A stretch of 64,000 nucleotides of DNA, from positions 165,602,001-165,666,000 of the forward strand of contig OX597816.1 in the NCBI GenBank assembly GCA_951406725.2. The letters run 5' to 3'. Position numbers and translations under genes: made by a program. Positions 52,401-64,000 of the stretch are shown here, piece by piece. The notes below the pieces were generated by a model. That model saw only the letters and a list, made by a program, of their open reading frames with translations, had not been told where the DNA came from and did not search any database. Numbering within the stretch: the first letter of the stretch is position 1; each line of letters begins with the position of its first letter. The stretch is from Octopus vulgaris. Lineage: Eukaryota.

Positions 52401-52624
52401 AAAGCAATATTATTATTATTAGTAGTAGTAGTAGTATTGAATTAATGAGCAAGATGCTCTGCAGTACTTAATTCTGTCATTAGCCAACTTCCACCAAGGT
52501 AAACTTAGCCTTTTACTTCCCCCAAGATCAACAAAATAAACACCACTCAAGTATCATACATAGCATGATTAAATCTACCAACATCATTTGAAATATATGG
52601 CCTTGTCCCTAAAGTCATAAAAAA

Positions 52625-52655
<31 letters not shown>

Positions 52656-52660
52656 TATTA

Positions 52661-53012
52661 TTACCTCCACTTTAGCGAAGGTGGAGGTATTGTTTTTAGT
52701 CACATTTGTTTGCTTGTTTCTTTGTCCATGGACAAGATACCTCAAGAACCGCTGGATGGATTCGGATGAATCTTCCAAGGATGTTTGGCCTCGTGACTGG
52801 CATAAACTGATTACATTTTGGGATCAATCCAGTAACAGACAAGGATTCTGGATTATTCTTCCTGTTTTCTTTTACTTAATTTTTGAGAGCAGTCGGGTTC
52901 ATTTTTAGCATTCTCATTTCTGAGAGCAATCAAGTTTATTTCAGATATTTTCATGTTAAAAATCATCCCTGGCTAACCTTTGAGAGGACTTTGGTGTTGC
53001 TTGGCAGAGGTT
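52661..53012 (+). mobile_element. Helentron-associated (DINE-1/pearl-like) non-autonomous element
   Basis: 5' hairpin TACCTCCACT-TTAGCGAA-GGTGGAGGTA, (GTTT)-like microsatellite, 3' subterminal GGCAGAGGT. Confidence 0.6.
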
Positions 53013-53616
53013 TCAGGGTCAATAAATTAAGTACCAGTGGGGTCAATGTAATTGACTAGTCCCTTCCCCCAAAAGTTCAGGCCTTGTGTCTTTAATAGAA
53101 AAGATTATTATTTTTATCAAAAAAATTGAGTTCGAACCCTGCAAAAGTCAACTTTGCTTTTCATCATTATAAGGATGAGGGAAATAATACAAGCCAAGCA
53201 CTGAGTGTGGAGATATACATAACATTGGTGAAGAGGACATTAAAGAGATTTGGTCTAAGCACACAGCCCTACTTAATGACATAGATGTAGTGCACCTGAG
53301 CACTGTACACAATGTTTTTATTATTATTATTATTATTTTTAAATGTAATAAACTGCACATTTCTGCAAAACCTGTTTACCCTTCCTAGGAATCATTGTTA
53401 TTTTATGAATCACCACTCAAAGGGAAACCTTTTATTGAATCATCATCATTTAAAGTCCATTGTCCATGCTGGCATGGGTTGGATGGTTCAACTGTTAAAA
53501 AGAATTATGTGTATAATGGTGAAGAAATAATACCATAGATTTTTTTCCAACTTCTTGTATTGAGATTATATATACATATATATACACACACACGTTTGTG
53601 CGAACACACATACACA

Positions 53617-53921
53617 CAGAGTGGAACCTTGGTTTAGGAATTTAATTTAATCCTGAAGATCGTTTGCTACCCGAAACGTTAGTGCACGTTCTTGCTCAAA
53701 TTTGCTGTGCCTTCTCGTGAATTTCTTACAAGAAAAATAGTTTCTGTACACAAATTGAAAGCCAGACAATAACCAATGCTCTCCCACCGATACTTCCAGC
53801 TTGTCTTCAACCATTGTTGCCAGCTTGCCTGTTTGTCACCCAAGACGTTCTATGTTTGAAAAATTCTCCATAAACCAATTTGATGACGACAAAAGGCATT
53901 TATAAATCGAGATTCCAACAT
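53617..53921. mobile_element. Tigger-like MITE
   Basis: AGTGGAACCTTGGTTTA ... TAAATCGAGATTCCA imperfect TIRs. Confidence 0.55.
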
Positions 53922-54567
53922 ACATATATGTGTGTCTTTGCATATATGCATTGTGTCACTGCCTTGTTTTGTATTTAGCAGTAGGTCAGCTCTGATCAAA
54001 CAGATCCCTAATCCAAAGCATTCCAGCCAGGAACATACTTTTTCTTTTTTTTTCCGCTCTCAGACACTGTGTATCAAGGACTATATAATCCACTGTTTTT
54101 CAACTTTTAGGATAGTAAGATGTGATTCGAAAGAGATTTGGCTTCTATTTCTAGCAAATTGAACAGCCAGTTGATGGTTCCCTTGTTCACTGAAAATCTA
54201 CAATTTTTCTGCTTAGATCTACGTAAAACTTTAATTCTGGTAATAATTTCCTAAGAAACTTATTTGTCTTGCCAGAAACATTTAAATTTCATCTCATTCA
54301 CAACTAAAGTGGAGATAACTGTGTATTATAAATAGGGACAAGGGGAACAACTCGACCTTCTATTTATTACTATTAATATATAGCAAATAAAATAGTGGCT
54401 AAGTCACATGTAAAGCTCCTTGAAGCTAACTTAGTTATTTTAGTTGAGTCAGTCACTTGATACCCTGGGTTTCGCCTGTGGGTGCCCAGAGACGTCAGGT
54501 AAATTAGATAGATACTATGTATCTGCAGGCGAAACTCAGAGTAGCAAGAGACTGGCTCAAACAAAAC

Positions 54568-54641
54568 AGAAACATTAAATCTCTACTATGGTATCAAACT
54601 TTCTTCTGACAGTCAAACCATAGTAGAGATTTAATGTTTCT
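54568..54641. repeat. Perfect 25-bp inverted repeat with 24-nt spacer
   Basis: AGAAACATTAAATCTCTACTATGGT / ACCATAGTAGAGATTTAATGTTTCT. Confidence 0.95.
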
Positions 54642-54657
54642 ATATATATTTATATAT

Positions 54658-55050
54658 AAGGCGATCTGGCAGAAACGTTAGCGCGCTGGGCGAAATACTT
54701 AGCGGTATTTCGTCTGCCATTACGTTCTGAGTTCAAATTCCGTCAAGGTCGACTTCGCCTTTCATCTTTTCAGGGTCGATAAATTAAGTACTAGTTACAC
54801 ACTGGGGTCGTTGTAATCGACTTAATCCCTTTGTCTGTCCCTGTTTGTCCCCTATGTGTTTAGCTCCTTGTGGGCACGTAAAAAGCATCCACTACACTCA
54901 CGGAGTGGTTGGCGTTAGGAAGGGCATCCAGCCGTAGAAACACTGCCAGATTTAACTGGGCCTGATGAAGCCTTCTGGCTTCACAGACCCCAGTAGAACC
55001 GTCCAACCCATGCTAGCATGGAAAACGGACGCTAAACGATGATGATGATG
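54658..55050 (+). mobile_element. SINE family B fused to a family C RTE tail
   Basis: The family B body ends TTGTGGG and runs directly into CACGTAAAAAGC of family C. Confidence 0.8.
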
Positions 55051-56238
55051 ATATATACACACACACACTAATTGTATATACATGAGTAAATTATACATAT
55101 ATATATATATATACACACACACATATACACACACTGATTCTATAAACATGACCAGGTGTCTTCCCAACAAGATACTATTAGCTGCTCATGTGTGCATTAA
55201 ATGATTTATCTCTAACTGGCTGAAGTACTCTGTTGAGCTTATCTTAATGGAACAGTAAATTATATCATCATCACACACACAGAGTATTTAGGATTCATAA
55301 TATAAGATCAAGATAAAATCAATAAGTGATTTGAGTTTCATGTGACTGAAATATGAAAAGTCTTGTATTTGCTGTGTTTGCTTAACTCCAGATCATTGCT
55401 TATCAAGGCAGCCTATGATTAAAGGCATCCGTACAATGACTACCCAGACTTTTAGCAGGCATCGTTTATCTAGGATTACATTAGACTGTGTCCCTCCTTT
55501 TTAACATGGTAGGACGTCATATAAATTACAGGTGCTATTTCTTGTAGGCTGAGCCATCACTTAGTATTGGAAAGGTACAAGGTCTTAGAAAATCTGCCTT
55601 GGCATATTTTATCTGACCAATGCCAAAATGGAAAAGTGATAATTAAAATGTGTGTGTGTAAATACACACACACACGCATATATATATATATAACACATAT
55701 ACACACCATCCACCTGCATAAGTGCTGGATGGCAATGTTGATAGTTTCTCTTTGTAACCCCAAAAGCATAGTCTCAAGTTCTATCTCACAGTATGGAACA
55801 AACTGATGCCTTGTGAGTGGAATTGTTAGATGGAAACAATAACAGGACTCCATCATGGGCAGATATGTTTTTTCTCAGAGGAAAGAAAACAAACAGCATC
55901 ACTTGCACGAGTCATGCTTCTTTACAGCCATCATCTGACACATGTATGTGTGTGTATGTATGTATGTATGGGAGGGTCATCATGCTGGTAATAATAAACA
56001 CACACACTGGTTCGGTCCTTTATTGTTTTTGTTTTTGTTCAGTATTGTTCATGATCTTTTTTTTTTGTCAAATACAAAAAAAAAAAACAAAAACAATGCT
56101 GAACAATAAGGGACTGTTTATTATTACTGGCATAATGCCCCACCCAAGATTCAATAGTATGTTTTTCAACACACAAATTCACATCAACAAGCTGTAAACG
56201 AAATACAAATACAAACTATATATACATGTATATGTATA

Positions 56239-56745
56239 CAGGGTTATTCAAAAAAGAACGAAACGATTTCATTACACAATATTTTGATAAAGAAAAGCAA
56301 TAGAAAAACTCCAGCTAAGTCACACGTATTTACTCACAATCAACTTTTATTTCCTGTCTTACAAGTGTTCAATGTGGCCAACACCTGCAGCAGGGGTAAC
56401 ATCAATGCGATGAGAGAATTCCTCCCAGACGCGTATCGGCATATCACGATCCATTGAGTGTGTGAACCACTGTGTGATTTTTTTTCTTGTAGGGATACAT
56501 AAAAGATCAAATAACAACAGCGATCAACTCTGTGGATTGTAATATGCTGATACGGGTCTAAGAGGAATTCTCTTATCGCATTGATGTTGTCCGTGCTGCA
56601 GGTGGTGGCCACATTGAACACTTGTAAGACAGAAAATAAAAATTGATTGTGAGTAAATACTTGTGACTTAGCTGGAGTTTTCTATTGCTTTTCCTTATTA
56701 AAATATTGTGTAATGACATCAGTTTGTTCTTTTCAAATAACCCTA
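56239..56745 (+). mobile_element. Non-autonomous Tc1/mariner-superfamily element with ~220-bp TIRs and transposase C-terminal remnant
   Basis: TA-CAGGGTTATT...AATAACCCTA-TA. 56473-56627 translates CDFF/L*GYIKDQ...MLIRV*EEFSYRIDVVRAAGGGHIEHL*. Confidence 0.9.
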
Positions 56746-57222
56746 TATATATAAAACACAAGCCAATGAGGTTGCATCTCAGTCAGTTCTTGCTTTAGTG
56801 GCAGATCCAATCAAAAGGAACCTCAACAGACTCACTCAACTTGCTAGAAATAGCAGCAGAAATCTCCCTCAAGTCACACGGTACCATATTAAATAAGGTA
56901 AAGCTATACTAGATAATCTGGTTCTGCATACACCTAACACAAGAAAAGGTCTTGCTGCATTATCTCTGATTGCAATTTATAATAACTATTGTTCTGGGTC
57001 AGGAACAAAAAGCCCTGTGTTTGAGTATTTGCTACTGTTTAGCATTAGGTCAACTTTGATTAAAGCATTCCAGCCATGTCAATCCCCCCAGCTTTTTTTT
57101 TTTTCCAGAAAATATATCTTTTACTTGTTTCAGTCATTAGACTGTGGCCATGCTGGGGCACCACCTTGAAGAACTTTTAGTCAAACAAATCAACCCAACC
57201 ACTTATTTTTTGTTGAGCCTGG

Positions 57223-57265
<43 letters not shown>

Positions 57266-57499
57266 CTCTTTTGGCGAACCCCTAAGTTATGGGGACATGA
57301 ACACACCAACAATTGTTGTCAAGCAGGTATTTGTGTTTGGGATCAAACACTTAAACAAGCTTCTTTCAGTTTTTGTCTATCAAATCTAAGTTTTGGTCAG
57401 GCCGAGGTTGTAGAAGACACCAAAGGTGCCACGCAGTGGGGCTAAGCCTGGAGCCAAGTGATTGGGAAGCAAACTTCTTACCACAGAGCCACGTCTATG

Positions 57500-57919
57500 A
57501 GATCTTTTAGGTGTGAACGGCAGTTTTTTCTAGCGGTGTCATATGAAATTGTCACCCATAATTATGACCCTAGTATCGATCTATTGCATTTCAATCTGTT
57601 TTAGGGTTAGAGTTAGGGCTAGGGGGAAGGGTATCTTTTTTTCTTCAGAAATATAAATAAACCCAATCTGTTTCTTAAACGAGGGACATATTCATAAGGC
57701 ACAGAATGTTCTTTACCTCAATACACGTCATTGATTGGTTGAAATTGCAGAAATTAAAGAAAAAAAAACAACAAATATCTTACAAACTCTAGAATTTTCT
57801 CAATAAAGCCAAGAGAAAAAGATGTTTTATAAACACATTCTACCAGTATACGAAGTTTAAAAGTGTTTAGTTAAGTGGAAATTATTTTTAAAAAACTGCC
57901 GTTCAAACTGAAAAGATCC
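57500..57919. mobile_element. MITE with ~30-bp TIRs, 8-bp TSD and internal TTAGGG-like repeats
   Basis: (A/G)GATCTTTT..GAACGGCAGTTTTTT TIRs; TSD CGTCTATG/CACCTATG; TTAGGGTTAGAGTTAGGGCTAGGG at ~57601-57625. Confidence 0.8.
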
Positions 57920-59093
57920 CACCTATGTATCCTAGAACTATTATATACGGTGTGCTTTGTTTTTTAAGACGTTAGGGTGTAGTGAGAGGAATTTGGTTGT
58001 TATTTCTAGCAGGTCGAACAACCATGTAGCGGTTCCCTCGTTTGATGGAAGGGAAGTAGAACTAAGCAGTGACGTTCAGGGATTTCCAAAGAACATCAAC
58101 AGACTACGTTGAGAGAAATATATTCAATCACCAAAGCAACCATTTACCTCGAAATTATCGTCTGCCACACAACTGAATTTACTTATTTTACACAATGAAA
58201 GCGACAGAGATTGTGTGGCTTTCAATCATTTCCACCAAAGAGGAATAATGATATCAATAAAGTAAAATGCGAGTGCCAATAACAACTGGTTGAGACCGAA
58301 GTTTTCGACAATGGTTGTTTCAGCAGTTAAAGGGAAGTAACTCAAACAGTCTAACCAATTCAGTGACGTTTGAGAAAGTAAGAAATAAAATTATTTTCAG
58401 GGTGGAAAAAGTCACGCACAAAATTAAGTTCAATATACTCCAGAATTGCCAAAGGCATGCTTCAAATTGTCTAAAATTGAATAAAATAAATAAAATAATG
58501 ATGAATACACACATACTCGTACAAAACGAATAATAATTATAATAACGGAATATTAATAAAATGTGAACGGTTTTGGTGCATTACTTTTGGACCACCCTAC
58601 AATTCCAAATGGTTTTGGCCAGGTTCAGTCCCACTGCAAGGCAACTTGGCCAAGTGTCCTCTACAATAGCGTTGGGCCGATCAGAGCCTTGTGATTAAGT
58701 TTGGTAGATGGAAACTGAAAGAAGCGTGTCATATATGCACACGTGCTTGTTTTGTTTCTTTGTTTTGACATCATCATCATCATCATTTAACGTCCGCTTT
58801 CCATGCTAGCATGGGTTGGACGGTTCAACTGGGGTCTGGGAAGCCAGAAGGCTGCACCAGGCCCAGTCTGATCTGGCAGTGTTTCTACAGCTGGATGCCC
58901 TTCCTAACGCCAACTACTCAGTATCCATTTCCGATATTCTGCAAAAACATGTCCAACTCTGGGGAAAATATTACTTTGCTTGGAAACAGATGAGGTTTGA
59001 TGACAGGAAGAGCATCCAGTCATAGAAAAATTTGCTTTAAACTCCAGCTCTTCTTACATGGAAAAGTAGACATTAAAATGATGAACTATTTAA

Positions 59094-59318
59094 CCCTTTT
59101 GATATCAACCCAACTGAAACTGCCTCTAGCTCTGTAGTTCAAATGTCTTGTTTTCATAAGTTCAAAAGTTTCAATATCTTCCACCAAACCTCAGTCACAA
59201 TTTATGTTCCTGACACTAGCTTAATGTTAATTACGTGATTCTACTAAATTCTTTGCCACATTTAAAATTAATTGAAAGAAACACAGAACATATCAAAAGA
59301 AATATGGTAATGAAAGGG
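59094..59318. mobile_element. piggyBac-like MITE
   Basis: TTAA-CCCTTT ... AAAGGG-TTAA. Confidence 0.85.
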
Positions 59319-59499
59319 TTAAGTGGGGTACCAAGCCCAACCCTAAGTTAACCAAACTCAGAAAAAATCCTGGTCTCTTAAAATGACAACTCTATAATGC
59401 TTAAAATACTTTGTGTATTTCACAGTCAGTAAATATTTAGACTGAGATTAATTAGCTAAATAATTAATAATTTCACACGACTGGCTAAATAATTTCACA

Positions 59500-59830
59500 C
59501 ATGGAGGCAAAGTGGCTGAGTTCCTTTCGAGTGTTGGGTCTCAAGGAGGCAATGACCAGGATCCTTGGCATTATATCGTGCTTAAAACTCATCAAGCCAA
59601 GCAAATCACAGTCTTGGCAGATACCAGTATCATGCAAATGGAACCGGTGCTGGTTTTACATAAAAGCACCAATTACACTCTTGGAGTGGTTGGCATTAGG
59701 AAGGGCATTTCAGTCACAGAAAACCATGCCGAGTCAGCCTGGAGTTTGGTGAAGCAGTCCAGCTTGCCAACCTTGATCAAACTGTCAAACCCATGCCAAT
59801 ATGGACTACGGAAGTCAAATGATGATGATG
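59500..59830 (+). mobile_element. RTE LINE 3' end (ORF end and family C tail)
   Basis: FRVLGLKEAMT matches LRVLGLTEEMT at ~11360-11390; (GAT)n tail. Confidence 0.75.
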
Positions 59831-60261
59831 AATAAAGATGGAAGGAATTTTACTTTTTATAATTTTGATATTTTCCTAAATTCTATATAAGCATGTCACT
59901 TAGTGGTTAGGGTATTTGGCAAAAAATCTCAAGATCTCGATTTCGATTCCTGGTGTCTTGTGTTCTTGTGCAAGACACTTTATTTCATGTCGCTCCAGTT
60001 CACTCAGCTGGCAAAAATGTGTTGTACCAGTAATTCAAAGGGACCCACCTTGTCACATTCTCTTGTCAGACTGTATCTCTCTGAGAACTACATTAAGGGT
60101 ACATGTGTCTGTGGAGTGCTTGCACTTTAATTTCATAAGCAGGCTGTTCCACTGAACAGATCAATTAGAACCCTTGTCATTGTAACCAAGAGTTACCATC
60201 ATTATCAAAGTGACAGTTATAAATTATAAGGATTCTGCAGAGTGAGCTTATTGAAACTCAC

Positions 60262-60393
60262 TCTGAGATCAAGATGGAGGCCATTAGAATAATGTAGACG
60301 CACATCTCGCTCATCTAAATGATTAAATGATACATTTGAACCAAGAAATCCAAAGATGCTATGCTTGAAGTAAAAGAAATTCCGTCCTTGAAT
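60262..60393 (-). CDS. Candidate isolated coding exon of an unidentified gene (44 codons, phase 0-0)
   Basis: GACTAAC branch-like site, TTTCTGCCACAG acceptor, AGA/GTGAGT donor. Only one frame is open: IQGRNFFYFKHSIFGFLGSNVSFNHLDERDVRLHYSNGLHLDLR. Protein not recognised. Confidence 0.3.
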
Positions 60394-62444
60394 CTGTGGC
60401 AGAAATGTTAGTCCTTGTAGGAACTCAGAACTGACATGCTAACCTTTCGTCATTTGACACAGGATCACCTCCTCCAATGCCTCCTCCCTTCACAAAGGAT
60501 CTTTGTCTTGCAAGTTACTTGGTGACACTGCCAGTGCAGGTGCCACTTAAAAAGCATCCAGTCCATACTGTAAAGTGGTAGGCATTTAGAAGGGCATCAA
60601 GCAGTAAAAACCTTACCAAAACTGACCTTGCTTGTGCTTGTGCCATGTAAAAAGCACTGTCCACTCTGCTCGGTGGTTGGTGTTAGGAAGGGCATCTAGC
60701 TGTAAAAACCCTGCCAAAACAAAGTCTGATGCAGGATCGTGCCTGACCAGCTCCTGTTAAACCATCCAACCCATGCCAACATGGAAGGACATTAAACGAT
60801 GATGATGAATAACAGTTTCAAATTTTAGCACAAGGCCAGCAATTTCGAGGGATGAAGTAAGCCAATTACATCAACCCTGAAACCAATTTTATCGACCCTG
60901 AATGAATGAAAGGCGAAGTCAACCATGTCAGAATTTGAACTTGAAATGTGAAGAAATATGTATTACTGCTAAGCCTTTTATCTGGTGTGCTAACGATTTT
61001 TGTCAGCTTGTTGCCTTCAATAATAATAATAATAATAATAATAAACCACCATTGAAGTATGAAACTACTATTTGTGACATACATACATCATCTAACTAAA
61101 ACAAATGATAAGGATGATGTCATAATTATTAACAAAAAAAACATTGACACAGAAAGGAAGACATTTGTGAAATCTGAAAACAGTCAAAATAAAGTCTGTA
61201 ACAGAAACCAGATGGTCTGAGTTGATGGTGCCAACTGTGGTAATAATGGTAAATCCAGGAGAGTTGGCTGAGTATCTCATCTGATTAAATTTCTGTATAT
61301 ATATATCAATTTACTACTATCTAACCTTGGACCGATCAAAGTCTTGTGAGTGGATTTGGTAGACAGAAACTGAAAGAAACCTGTTGTATGTATGTATGTA
61401 TGTATGTGTGTGTGTGTATGTATACTGAGGCTGTGTGATAAGAAGCTTGCAGCCTAACCACATGGATCTGGGTTCAGTCCCACTGTGTTGAACCTTGGGC
61501 AAGTGTCTTCTATAACCTCGGGTTGACCAAGCCTTGTGAGTGGATATGATAGATTGAAACTGAAAGAAGCCCATCACATACATGGTGCAGCCTTCTGGCT
61601 TGCCAGCCCTCAGTCAAACTGTCCAACCCATGCCAGCATGGAGAGCAAATGTTAAACGATGATTATATATAATAATAAATGCCAAAACAAATTTGAGTGT
61701 CAGCACATCACACTTTGATCCCGTCTCTCACTATTCAATGACACTTCTACTATTCCTCCTCCTGGGGTGAAAGTAATAGTACGCATAGAGACTGTGAGGG
61801 CAGTAGTAGATTGACAGTTGTGATGGTAATGGGGTGATAGTAATAGTATGAGCTGTAGTTGTGAGAGAGGGGGAGGCAAAAGTAATGATGGTAGTGGTAG
61901 CAAGGGTGGTTAGGGATGAGGGAGATAGTAAGCGATGTGAAAGACAGTGGCGATGATGGGGAAGGTAGCGAAGTCAAAGTTATTGATGGTGGTGGCGTCA
62001 GAAGTCTGAATAGTGTGTGTATAACAGTTGTGGTAGCAATGGTGATGGTTGAAAACAATAAACAGAAAGAAAGAGAGAAAGAACGAGGTTAGACAGAAAA
62101 AAAAATTGTACTGACCCCTAAATGGGAAGACAAAAAATAAGTTCCAAGTCGACAAACTATATCATTGGTCTGATGAAAGTTGTTCCTTGCTTGAAAAATA
62201 TTGGTCAAGTTTAATAAAATTTAATATGTACTCAATACATGAAGTGTTATTGTTGGGTCCAAGGCCCAATGAAAAGCCCTCCACAGGAGCTACCTTAAAA
62301 GCAGCTCAACAGGGGCAGCAAAAGAGACCAATAGAATAATTACAAGCCTTACAAAAAATAGGTCCTGGGGTCGATTTGTTTGACTAAAAAGGCAGTGCCC
62401 CAGCATGGCCACAGCCAAATGACAAACAAGTAAAATACCAATAT

Positions 62445-62738
62445 CGGTGTATTTTGCCAAACAGCTGAGTTACGGGGACGTAAACACACCATCATCAGTT
62501 GTCAAGCAATGTTGGGGGGTACAAACAGACACACAAACATATAGACACACATGCACATATATATACATATATATGGGCTTCTTTCAGTTTCCGTTTACCA
62601 AATCCACTCACAAGGCTTTGGTCAGCCAGAGGCTATTAGTAGAAGACACTTGCCCAAGGTGCCACGCAGTGGGACTGAACCTGGAACCATGTGGTTGGTA
62701 AGCAAGCTACTTACCACACAGCCACTCTTGTGCCTATA
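62445..62738 (-). mobile_element. SINE family A
   Basis: Reverse copy of 18843-19248, lacking the 3' part. Confidence 0.88.
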
Positions 62739-63666
62739 GAAAAACACAGGGAGGGTGAGAGAGAGATTAGGATTTCTTCTTTCTATAACTGACATTTGGT
62801 TGGTCCTTCCATTTTAATAATGAGCAAGGCAGAGACAAACTGTTTCATAATTAGCTACTTCGTTGCAATAATAATGACACTTGTAAACAGAAACATTCCC
62901 AGTGTTTGTTCAACATCATTAGTTGCAAGATGACAGAATTGTGTGACACTGGTTGTCACATGTTCTGTTTTGAAAACGGTGAACCAGAAGAATACAATAA
63001 ACTAAGCATACATTTCTTTTTGCTTTAGTAAATAAACATGCATGCCGCTGGATAACAGATGTAACGAGCAACCAAGAGAAAAGAGATAGAATGGAGAAAA
63101 AAAAAACAAAATTTCCATAAAGATGTCAATTTGGAAAGGAACTGACATCAAAACCTACAGTGTGGAAAACAAACAAATTGATTCAACATTCTCGCTCTCT
63201 CTCATTATATTTCTATGTGAGGGGAAAAATTCTGAGGAGATTCTTTGTTGCTTCAAAAGAAAAATTATGTCTTAACTAGCAGGACTTGTGAATATTTCAC
63301 AGAATTAATGGTAAACCTATTGAGTTATTTCAGAATACTATCCAAAAAAACCTGAAAGCAGAACTTGTGTTCTGTCTATGGAAAGACAGTCGCTCATCTG
63401 CTATTCATTGAAAAGTGAAAGAAATTGGAATATGATACTTACTAAATGCACTTTATATATACACTTTATATACTTTACGCACAATTTCATAGACTTAATA
63501 CACAGCTTTCATAATTATTAACTCTTATTTTCCCATAAACAAAAAACTCATACATGATACAACCTTCAGTTAAATTGTATATATCTGCCTTGTAAATAAG
63601 CATGAATATTTCACAGAATTGCACTTATGCACAAGTGTTAAGTGATAGGTGATATGAAAAACTTAG

Positions 63667-63920
63667 AATAAAAAATAAATACGCCCTTTTAAAGCCTAGC
63701 CAGGCTCATGGGCCCAGTTTCCCGGTTTCTATGGCGTATGTGTTCCCCAGCTAGACAGGATGCCAGTCCATCGCTGCATTACTCATTTTTGTTAGCCGAG
63801 TGGACTGGAGCAACGTGAAATGAAGTGTTTTGCTCAAGAACACAATGCATCACCCGGTCCAGGAAGTGAAACCACAATCTTATGATCATGATGCTGACAC
63901 CCTAACCAACGCACCTCCAC
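63667..63920 (-). mobile_element. SINE family D with 15-bp TSD
   Basis: TSD ATATGAAAAACTTAG at 63652-63666 and 63921-63935; 3' half homologous to 30850-30960. Confidence 0.88.
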
Positions 63921-64000
63921 ATATGAAAAACTTAGTTCAATTAAAAAAACATATACACTCTTCACTATCCAGTCACCACCACTATCATTATCATCTTTCC

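Noticed and set aside
53653-53682. CTGAAGA...GAAACGTT hammerhead-like string
   Set aside because: No stem I and a poor helix II; lies in a Tigger-like MITE.

Overview
AT-rich, repeat-dominated animal genomic DNA. From recalled SINE consensus sequences it looks cephalopod (Octopus-like); this is inference, not a database result. No intact host protein-coding gene is recognisable: almost all ORF-track entries are microsatellite or SINE read-throughs, and the only real protein similarity is to decayed RTE-clade LINE reverse transcriptase ORFs and the C-terminus of a Tc1/mariner-superfamily transposase. The window holds dozens of copies of several SINE/RTE-tail families, MITEs of several DNA-transposon superfamilies (Merlin-like, piggyBac-like, hAT, Tigger, Helentron-type), one three-level nested insertion, long microsatellites and a probably artefactual 106-nt G run. 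The most notable unannotated signal is a set of type I hammerhead-ribozyme motifs in Penelope-like remnants; the best preserved is at 13509-13559 (minus strand). Other points of interest: perfect fold-back duplications next to (TA)n tracts, inverted repeat pairs able to form dsRNA, a CpG-retaining candidate bidirectional promoter at about 23.2-23.95 kb, and a few isolated exon-like segments. Only representative SINE copies are listed, and repeat boundaries are approximate unless a TSD is quoted.
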